Shown here piece by piece: positions 25,070 through 32,223 of a DNA stretch of 64,000 bases (positions within the stretch are counted from its first letter, which is position 1; every line of letters begins with the position of its first letter). This DNA is from Thermoplasmata archaeon. GTDB lineage: Archaea; Thermoplasmatota; Thermoplasmata; GCA-020350865. The notes under the pieces are model-generated. The model made no database searches. It saw only the letters and a program-made list of their open reading frames with translations, and had not been told where the DNA came from. The DNA lies in assembly GCA_020348445.1 (NCBI GenBank), contig CP070751.1, positions 4,353,723 to 4,417,722 on the forward strand, in the 5' to 3' direction. The position numbers were made by a program, and so were the translations under genes.

Positions 25070-26708
25070 AACCGTATCTGCAAGCGATGTGGAGAAGTAC
25101 GGTTACTGCCCATTAAGTTGGTGGCTTTCAGAACAAAATGAGAGTGAGAAGGCTGAGAACCTGAAAAGAGGTATTCATAACCACGTTCAAATTGGTAAAG
25201 ATGTGAAAAACATCAAAGTCAAAGAGAAAAGGAGCGAGGAATCTGAGCGAAGCGTAATCTGGTTCTCCTTAATCGCTATTATTATCGGCATCAATGGTGT
25301 AGCAATTGTCTACACCATCTACTCGCCTTCCCAACAAGGTGAAACGATAATGATTTTACTATCTATAATTGCTGCGATTTGGGTATTTGTGGCTGCATTT
25401 TTCTTTTATTGGGGTACGAAAATGGAAAGAGAAACAAAGCGCACTACAATGGCTATCTCTAGTCAAAGAGCCATCTCAACGAAATATAAACCTGATAGCA
25501 GCACTGATTCGGAAATAGTGATAAAAAAAAGGGTAAAAGAAGCCAAATGGAGTACCCTTTTATTTTTTATGGTTAGTGGTATTTTGGCTTTGAATGCATT
25601 ATTTATTTTATTTAGTATAGGTGAAACCAATGTTGAGTTTATAAGCAGTATATTTCTTTTCTTATCCCTGATATGGCTTTTTGGCAGCTCCTTTTTCTAT
25701 TATAATTCATTGAAAAGAGAAATTGTATCAAAAGAAAAGAAGCAAGATGAAAAAGCGATTGTAAAACCCTCATTTTCAGATTCTGAGATATCAATAGTAT
25801 TATTTGCTATTGTGGCCACTGTTTTAGCATCAAATAGCCTTGCTATATATCAAAGCCCACATACGAATATCGGCATGATAATTCTAATAATGGCTGTGTT
25901 GTGGCTGTACGGGGGATTTATTTTCTTATATAGGGCAATAAGAGCAGATGTGAAGCTAAAGTTGCTGATCAATAGACTTTTTAGGCCCGTGGATAGTATA
26001 AGAGGGAAAATAGCCACCCGAGTCAAACTCAGTCGTGAAATAGAGGTAGAGAAATTAAATTACGAGCAAATAGTAATATGGTTTGCAGCAATATCAATGG
26101 TACTAGCAATAAATGCCATTTTAATGAACTTCACAAGGAGCCTTGAAGAGGAGATATATGGTACTTTAATAGCCCACATTTTTGAGGTCGTTGCTTTACT
26201 TTGGTTAATTGGTGCATTTTTCTTCTTATATAGGGTCATGCTTCATTCTTTAACTGCATCGAAATTGAGAACAGAACACGGTATTTCTGAGGGTAAGATA
26301 GATTATGTGGATGCCCTGGATGGGCAATCAGAAATGCTAAGATCTGAGAAATACGGACTTCGGGGAAGGCCAGATTATATCCTAGATAAAAAAGGAGAAC
26401 TCATACCTGTTGAGGTAAAGACAGGCCGCATACCGCGAGGTCCTCTTTTTTCCCATATAATACAATTGGCTGCCTATTGTTTGCTTTTGGAAGAAAAAAA
26501 TAACCGCACTCCTCCGTACGGCATTATCAAATATGGCGACACTCAGCATAAAATAGAATACACAAAAGAACTGAGGGATATTCTTATTAATAAACTTGAT
26601 GAGATGAAAAAAATCATGGTAACTGGGGAAGCTCATAGAAATCATAGACGGGAAAATAAATGTAGGGGCTGCTCCAGAAGAGAAATATGTCCCGAAAGAT
26701 TGGCCTAA
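25032..26708 (+). CDS. Cas4-like PD-(D/E)XK nuclease with an inserted 8-TM domain (solo, no CRISPR array)
   Basis: N-terminal SASDVEKYGYCPLSWWL; C-terminal GLRGRPDY..PVEVKTG..QLAAY and KCRGCSRREIC giving the 1+3 Cys arrangement; eight hydrophobic helices between them; start overlaps the end of protein C. Confidence 0.85.
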   Translation: MQNSDMIETGPDRTVSASDVEKYGYCPLSWWLSEQNESEKAENLKRGIHNHVQIGKDVKNIKVKEKRSEESERSVIWFSLIAIIIGINGVAIVYTIYSPSQQGETIMILLSIIAAIWVFVAAFFFYWGTKMERETKRTTMAISSQRAISTKYKPDSSTDSEIVIKKRVKEAKWSTLLFFMVSGILALNALFILFSIGETNVEFISSIFLFLSLIWLFGSSFFYYNSLKREIVSKEKKQDEKAIVKPSFSDSEISIVLFAIVATVLASNSLAIYQSPHTNIGMIILIMAVLWLYGGFIFLYRAIRADVKLKLLINRLFRPVDSIRGKIATRVKLSREIEVEKLNYEQIVIWFAAISMVLAINAILMNFTRSLEEEIYGTLIAHIFEVVALLWLIGAFFFLYRVMLHSLTASKLRTEHGISEGKIDYVDALDGQSEMLRSEKYGLRGRPDYILDKKGELIPVEVKTGRIPRGPLFSHIIQLAAYCLLLEEKNNRTPPYGIIKYGDTQHKIEYTKELRDILINKLDEMKKIMVTGEAHRNHRRENKCRGCSRREICPERLA

Positions 26709-27064
26709 TCCTCCTCATCTTCCTTACTTTCATCATCATTATTGATATTAGGATTCTTTTGAGCCATTAAAGAGTCAAGTTTGGTATTAATGGACTTAAT
26801 CTCTTCTCGCATTTTCAACATTTCCTCCTCAAAAGGGGTAAAGCCTCCTATAGAGAGGATTCTATGGCTAAGGAACATACCAATGAAAATCGCACCGATG
26901 AGGGCCATCAGAATTAGGGCTACCCATGTGACAATTGCCATCCTGACGAAAAAGAACACATCTGTGATATCTGGATAAAAGAAAAGGGTAAGGAATAATG
27001 CAATAATACCCAACAATATTATCCATCCTATCAATGATTTTGGAGTTTTAACCTTCAATTTCAT
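26705..27064 (-). CDS. Small two-TM membrane protein with a C-terminal coiled coil
   Basis: Two hydrophobic stretches, then FTPFEEEMLKMREEIKSINTKLD; overlaps the upstream gene by 4 nt. Confidence 0.6.
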   Translation of the reverse strand: MKLKVKTPKSLIGWIILLGIIALFLTLFFYPDITDVFFFVRMAIVTWVALILMALIGAIFIGMFLSHRILSIGGFTPFEEEMLKMREEIKSINTKLDSLMAQKNPNINNDDESKEDEED

Positions 27065-27483
27065 TCCTTTCTCTCCATAATGATCTTATGGGGAAACGTT
27101 TTTTCAACTTCATGATTATCCCCAGATTTCTTGATATACATTTTCATTTCCCCATCATCATCAAACAGTCTAATAGTACCTTTGTACTCATATTCCTTTT
27201 GTTTATCCCAAACAGAGACATGTAGAAGAAAAGCTTCAAGGGATGTGCTCATGTGAGATTCATAGGTATAATTTTCTTCTAAGCTCTCATCTTTTATTCT
27301 TATTGTGATGTTTGAAAATAGACGGTCATCTATACCGCGTATGAAGATTTTCGTCTCTTCAGTCTCTTCAATATAATCAATTAAAATTGTGGGTATCCCA
27401 GATAATGGGGGTTGATTCTCTGTACATCCCGTTAGGATGAAAAGGAAAAAAACAACACCTAAACTAAGGTATTTATATGGCAT
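27061..27483 (-). CDS. Putative lipoprotein
   Basis: MPYKYLSLGVVFFLFILTGC resembles a lipobox signal, followed by a soluble domain. Confidence 0.6.
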   Translation of the reverse strand: MPYKYLSLGVVFFLFILTGCTENQPPLSGIPTILIDYIEETEETKIFIRGIDDRLFSNITIRIKDESLEENYTYESHMSTSLEAFLLHVSVWDKQKEYEYKGTIRLFDDDGEMKMYIKKSGDNHEVEKTFPHKIIMERKE

Positions 27484-27614
27484 CGTATCCTAATAAACTA
27501 TAAAGTATTTAAAAGTTAGATGAGCTTGGACTACTCCAACTGGGTTAAACCTTTCGTAACCAGAGGGAAGACAAAAAAGTAAAGAAAGTGGAGTGAATTT
27601 ATGAAAAACTGGTA

Positions 27615-27914
27615 TTAATAGCGGTATTCGTCGCGATATCCTGGTTGTTGGTATGACGTTCCACGAGGTTGGGTTGTTCCCCGACCGTCTAGTTGGTTGG
27701 CCTTCATTTCCATCTCGCGCACTTGAGCTTGTATCTTTTTTAATTTTGCTTCTAATTTTGCTGCCTCGCCCCTCTTTTTTGCGACCTTAGCCCTTAATTT
27801 AGCCGCCTTGGCCGTGGCTTTTGCATCCTTTTGTACGGCCTTGGCCTTCTTGACCTGGTCCTTAGCTCTTTGCTTAGCAGCTTTTACTTGAGTTCTATTA
27901 CTCATAGATATCAC
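27615..27914 (-). CDS. Lys/Ala-rich basic coiled-coil protein of unknown function
   Basis: KAAKQRAKDQVKKAKAVQKDAKATAKAAKLRAK; own TATA-like TTTATAAA upstream on the minus strand. Confidence 0.55.
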   Translation of the reverse strand: MISMSNRTQVKAAKQRAKDQVKKAKAVQKDAKATAKAAKLRAKVAKKRGEAAKLEAKLKKIQAQVREMEMKANQLDGRGTTQPRGTSYQQPGYRDEYRY

Positions 27915-28040
27915 ATTAGCATATATTCGTACCCGTTTATAAACCTTGCCATGTTATTCTTTAATCTTGAAATCGTACTGGGAGATGTATATAAATATAC
28001 TTATATATGAAAATAATAAGCGAGGTATACGATACCCCAA

Positions 28041-28140
28041 AACTTTTATATACCGATTCTCTACCCTACTTCGCTCTTTTAGAGCCAATGATTGATGAAG
28101 TGATCTGCATAAAATGCAGAAAACAGAAGGAGGTACAAAT
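28041..28140 (+). promoter_or_regulatory. Promoter and structured 5' leader of the rpl7ae operon
   Basis: TATA-like TTTTATATA ~28044-28052; hairpins GCTCT-TTT-AGAGC (28073-28085) and TCTGCAT-AAA-ATGCAGA (28104-28120) flanking TGA-rich AATGATTGATGAAGTGA; GGAGG RBS at ~28129. Confidence 0.45.
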
Positions 28141-28512
28141 ATGGTGAAAAACATCTATGTCAGATTCGAAATGCCCAAAGAACTCGTGGATAAAACATAT
28201 GAAGCTGTTGAACTGGCAAGAGATTCCGGAAAAGTTCGAAAAGGAGTAAACGAGGTAACAAAACTCGTGGAGAGGGGGAGTGTGGCCTTCGTTGTCATGT
28301 CCGAGGATGTCCAACCCCCGGAGATTTTGGCGCACATGCCCATTCTTTGTGAGGAGAAGAACATCATATACGCTTATGTACCCAGTAAACAGGAATTGGG
28401 AGTGGCATCGGGATTAAAGGTTCCCACAGCAAGTGTTGCTATCATCGATCCAGGGAAGGGTAAGCAGCTTTTGGAGGACCTGATCTCCAAAATAAAATCA
28501 CTGAGAAAATAA
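28141..28512 (+). CDS. rpl7ae: 50S ribosomal protein L7Ae
   Basis: [60 protein letters not shown]; start taken at the ATG after the GGAGG RBS. Confidence 0.97.
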   Translation: MVKNIYVRFEMPKELVDKTYEAVELARDSGKVRKGVNEVTKLVERGSVAFVVMSEDVQPPEILAHMPILCEEKNIIYAYVPSKQELGVASGLKVPTASVAIIDPGKGKQLLEDLISKIKSLRK

Positions 28513-28524
28513 GGAGTCGTTAAG

Positions 28525-28731
28525 ATGGTTGAAGGTATACCTGCTGAGGTTATAGAATTGATTGGCAGGACAGGTATGACGGGTGAGGCAACACAGGTTA
28601 AGGTCAGGGTCTTAGACGGTAGGGATAAGGGCAGAATCATCACCCGGAATGTGAAAGGCCCTGTTCAGTTGGGCGATATTCTCTTGCTCCAGGAGACTGC
28701 TAGAGAAGCAAGAAAACTCAGCATTAAATAG
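28525..28731 (+). CDS. rps28e: 30S ribosomal protein S28e
   Basis: [55 protein letters not shown]. Confidence 0.97.
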   Translation: MVEGIPAEVIELIGRTGMTGEATQVKVRVLDGRDKGRIITRNVKGPVQLGDILLLQETAREARKLSIK

Positions 28732-28745
28732 TTGTGCGTGAGAAC

Positions 28746-29102
28746 ATGGTTGAGCGTAGAGTGTGCTCGTTTTGTGGAAACGAAATAGAACCCGGTACAG
28801 GGAAGATGTATATTAAGATAGACGGAACAGTGTACAACTTCTGTAAAAACAAATGCCACAAGAACCTAATCGAGCTCAAAAGGGTCCCAAGAAGGACCAC
28901 ATGGACCCAGCCCTATATGAGGGAAAAGTCGGCCAAGATGTCCACAAAGGAGAAGAAGGTAAAGAAGAAAGGCAAGGGAAAACCAGTAAAGAAAAAGGTG
29001 AAGAAACGAAAAAAGGTCGCCGATACAAAATCTAAAGATGAAAAAGAGAAGGAAAGTAAAAAGGAAACTGGTAAAAAGGTTGAGAAAAAGGAGGAGAAAT
29101 AA
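28746..29102 (+). CDS. rpl24e: 50S ribosomal protein L24e with a K/E-rich tail
   Basis: CSFCGNEIEPGTGKMYIKIDGTVYNFCKNKCHKN..KRVPRRTTWT. Confidence 0.95.
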   Translation: MVERRVCSFCGNEIEPGTGKMYIKIDGTVYNFCKNKCHKNLIELKRVPRRTTWTQPYMREKSAKMSTKEKKVKKKGKGKPVKKKVKKRKKVADTKSKDEKEKESKKETGKKVEKKEEK

Positions 29103-29124
29103 TTATTAAAAAGGAGGGGGCTTC

Positions 29125-29574
29125 ATGGAGCAGACTTTAGTATTGTTAAAACCAGGTTCGATTCAAAGAGGTTTGATGGGCAGTATAATCTCCAGGTTCG
29201 AGAACCGAGGATTGAAGATAGTGGCCATGAAGATGATGCAGGTATCAACCGAACTTGCAAAGCAACATTATGCAGAGCATACAGAAAAACCATTTTTCGG
29301 GGAGCTTGTAAGTTACATCACCTCCGGTCCCGTGGTCGCCATGGTCTTGGAGGGGCCAAATGCCATCTCCGTTGTAAGGGACATGAACGGTAAGACAGAT
29401 CCTCAGGAGGCTGCACCAGGCACCATTCGCGGGGATTTCGGTCTTTTTACGGGAAAGAACATAGTCCATGGCTCGGATTCTAAGGAGAGTGCAATAAGGG
29501 AGATTGCGCTTTTTTTTAAGGCAGAGGAATTTGTTACCTATAAGAAGTGCGATGAGGATTGGATATACGAGTGA
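29125..29574 (+). CDS. ndk: Nucleoside diphosphate kinase
   Basis: [45 protein letters not shown]. Confidence 0.98.
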   Translation: MEQTLVLLKPGSIQRGLMGSIISRFENRGLKIVAMKMMQVSTELAKQHYAEHTEKPFFGELVSYITSGPVVAMVLEGPNAISVVRDMNGKTDPQEAAPGTIRGDFGLFTGKNIVHGSDSKESAIREIALFFKAEEFVTYKKCDEDWIYE

Positions 29575-29635
29575 AGTCGGATACTTCCAATTGAATCCGA
29601 GTTCTTTTAAGAAAAGGTGGCAAATGCCCACTTTT

Positions 29636-30925
29636 TCATTTTGCCTCGTACTTTATTTGGGGCCCCTTCCCTATCTTTTTTACAAGACCAAATCGCATCA
29701 TTTTTTTCATGTGGAGTAGGACAGATGGTTTGGATAACCCAATAGCCTTGGAGATTTCCCCGCTTTTTTTCGGTTCCTTTAGGATCTTTAGTATCTTCAG
29801 ATCCACATGGTCCAAAAGGGTATCAAAGTCTTTTGAAAGCGTTATATCGAATCTGTGGGGTCTGCAGTCAAAATCCAATTTAAGCCAAGGGTGTTTCTTC
29901 ACCTCTGCTCTGATCATGTTAATGCCATTACCATATCTTTCAATGAATCCGGCATCAAAAAGAAGATTACATAGTGCAGGATTTCTTGGAATGTGTTCGG
30001 GATCATCCAAATCGACCCCGGGTAAAAGTCCCCCTGGATTTCTTATTACTATCCGGTTTGCGTGCAAAAACACCCTGATATCTGCCTGTATCATATAGTT
30101 GCGGTGTGCAATTGCATTTATTATGGCCTCTCTTATGGCGCGAAAAGGGTACTCCTCCACCTTTTTCCTCCTTGTGGATATGATGACCTCTGTTTTTCCT
30201 GTTTCCCTGAGGACATCTGTATAAATATCTTCTATTATTCTCCAAACTGGTCCTGCATACTCTTTACTTCCCACAGGTTCGTTATCCTCCATATATATCA
30301 ATCGGAGTTTCGACCAGGGAATGATTTCTGTTCCGTTTGTGAAAAAAAGTGCTCCTGCGTTGGTCAGCTTATCTTTTTTGGCCGCACCAATACTTCGAAG
30401 ATATCGTGTCCATTGTTTTTTATCTATCTTCCTGCCCCTGGTCTCTTCCATCCTGTCAAAGAACCATTTTATATATTCTTTTTTCGCTTGCTTAAAAGGG
30501 GCGGTGGGAGCGCTATCCCAATCAACGGTCCCCAATTCAGATGAAAGTACAAGGACTTCCTGAATTGACAATGGCCTTATTCCCGCACCAATGCGAATGT
30601 AGGCCATTCCGCCCATGGAACACAGGACATTTGATTTCTCTACCTCAATTACCAGAACCTCTTTCTTTTCTAATAAAAACTTGTTTGTGGATATCTTCGG
30701 GGAGGGAATTACGGACTGCAGGGAATTTGCGATTATATTCATTGCTTTCTTGATATCTGTTCCCACGATGGTTCCATCATCATCCACCCCAATCAGTATA
30801 TGTCCGCCCTCGGCATTGGCCAGTGCGATGATAACCTTCTGAATATCCTTTCCAGGGCTCTTTTTGAACTCTATATGTTCCGATTCACCGGCCTTAATCA
30901 GATTCAACAAATCACTGAGGTTCAT
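29636..30925 (-). CDS. AlbA_2 (Schlafen-like) + HATPase-like + wHTH protein (COG2865 type)
   Basis: GESEHIEFK..ALANAEGGHILIGVDDDG; REAIINAIAHRNY; NPGGL; RNPALCNLL..GFIERYGNG; C-terminal HTH (EISKAIGLSKPSVLLHMKKM). Confidence 0.85.
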   Translation of the reverse strand: MNLSDLLNLIKAGESEHIEFKKSPGKDIQKVIIALANAEGGHILIGVDDDGTIVGTDIKKAMNIIANSLQSVIPSPKISTNKFLLEKKEVLVIEVEKSNVLCSMGGMAYIRIGAGIRPLSIQEVLVLSSELGTVDWDSAPTAPFKQAKKEYIKWFFDRMEETRGRKIDKKQWTRYLRSIGAAKKDKLTNAGALFFTNGTEIIPWSKLRLIYMEDNEPVGSKEYAGPVWRIIEDIYTDVLRETGKTEVIISTRRKKVEEYPFRAIREAIINAIAHRNYMIQADIRVFLHANRIVIRNPGGLLPGVDLDDPEHIPRNPALCNLLFDAGFIERYGNGINMIRAEVKKHPWLKLDFDCRPHRFDITLSKDFDTLLDHVDLKILKILKEPKKSGEISKAIGLSKPSVLLHMKKMMRFGLVKKIGKGPQIKYEAK

Positions 30926-30929
30926 ATTT

Positions 30930-31014
30930 TACTGTAAAGTAATGTAAACCTTAAATACTTTACGGTAAGCATCTACTGTAAAGAAAAACCACTTTACAGT
31001 ATTTAACAGTAGAT
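30930..31014. promoter_or_regulatory. Array of inverted TACTGTAAAG half-sites (putative operators) around the promoter of the AlbA_2/wHTH gene
   Basis: TACTGTAAAGT 30930-30940 / ACTTTACGGTA 30957-30967; TACTGTAAAG 30974-30983 / CTTTACAGTA 30992-31001 (perfect IR); ATCTACTGT 30971-30979 / ACAGTAGAT 31006-31014. Confidence 0.6.
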
Positions 31015-31033
31015 TGGTCGATATCGAGGATCA

Positions 31034-31351
31034 TTACCCTATGTCCAGAGTTATAATTGCCCTCCCACTGTCATCATCTTCCACGACTAAAGTTACAGTA
31101 CCTGGCCCTTCATATGTCAATGCAATCGTGTCTATGATGTCCATGGGATTTACTTCCGGTGAGGGATAGGAATCAGTATTTGGAGGATTATTAAGGTATG
31201 TAACAGTCACAGTCTGAGTGCCATAGGAGTAAGTGAAAGTTAAATCATCGCATCCAGGATCTGTGACATGAGAGGTAATCTCAAATGAGCACCCGATAAA
31301 ATGGCTATTCAAATCCACCTCCCAGGGGTCGATGTGGTTCAAGTGATCGCT
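31034..31351 (-). pseudogene. Orphan C-terminal fragment of a PKD surface-protein paralogue
   Basis: (SDH)LNHIDPWEVDLNSHFIGCSFEITSHVTDPGCDDLTFTYSYG...EGPGTVTLVVEDDD aligns with the C-termini of 32224-40545 and 48879-54386; no signal peptide, and similarity stops at ~31351. Confidence 0.75.
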
Positions 31352-31439
31352 ATTTCACTCCCTCTATACCCTTGCATTAGGTGAAATCCATAGGGGGGAC
31401 TCAATTGCATAAGCGATTATTTATAAAATGTTCCTCTTA

Positions 31440-31970
31440 TTAAATCTTACAAATTTTAACTAATTCCTTAGTGATTTCGAAACAATCATCTACGGCCATT
31501 AAAAGCTCATCATGTATCGCACTTCTTGAATAATAAAGTTGAACTAATACACCTGCATCTTTTGCGGCTTCTATTGCTGGAACAAAGTCGCTGTCACCTG
31601 TCACCATTATTGCTTTTCCGATCTGTCTTCCCCAACTCATTCTGACCAGGTCAACAGCCATTAATATATCGACACGTTTTTGTACAAATTCGCCTCCGAT
31701 TCTCCCTAATTTCCCTAATCTGACCTCAAATCTTGGGAGCTTTCGCAATGTATAAATAAATCTATCCATTGCAGAAAATCTTCGTCTTTCGTCGTCTGTT
31801 GGAGGATCATGCTGATAAGGCATACAATTATAATAGTATGTTCTTAATCTTTCAGATCCTTTACATAGCTCTTCAGATAATTTTAAAAGGTCAACCCTTA
31901 CACGATTAAAATCGCTATCTAAAATCTTAGCTAGATAACCACCGTCTATTAAAACAACTGCCCTTTCCAA
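31440..31970 (-). CDS. NYN domain (LabA/DUF88, PIN-like) protein
   Basis: VLIDGGYL, QKRVDILMAVDL, TGDSDFVPAIEAAKDAG; TTG start with GGTGA RBS. Confidence 0.9.
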   Translation of the reverse strand: MERAVVLIDGGYLAKILDSDFNRVRVDLLKLSEELCKGSERLRTYYYNCMPYQHDPPTDDERRRFSAMDRFIYTLRKLPRFEVRLGKLGRIGGEFVQKRVDILMAVDLVRMSWGRQIGKAIMVTGDSDFVPAIEAAKDAGVLVQLYYSRSAIHDELLMAVDDCFEITKELVKICKI

Positions 31971-32223
31971 AAAATCACCTTATTATATTTGACTGTCATC
32001 CCCGAAAGAACGACAGCGGTTATATATATTAATAATAATCATTTAACTCGTATATAAGGCCTTCGGTCTGTTTTCATTATTAAGAAAATAATGCTCCTAT
32101 CCAGGTACTGAAAAAAGCCACAAGAATTGGCTTCAGAATACCACATTCAAAGGGATGAGTGAACTATATAAATTTCATAAAATAATTATTTCTAGAGAAC
32201 CGCGGTTTTTGGTGGTGCACACA

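Noticed and set aside
18512-28100. CRISPR array near the Cas4-like gene
   Set aside because: No repeat-spacer pattern; the only periodic DNA is in-frame coding repeat, and no other cas genes are present.
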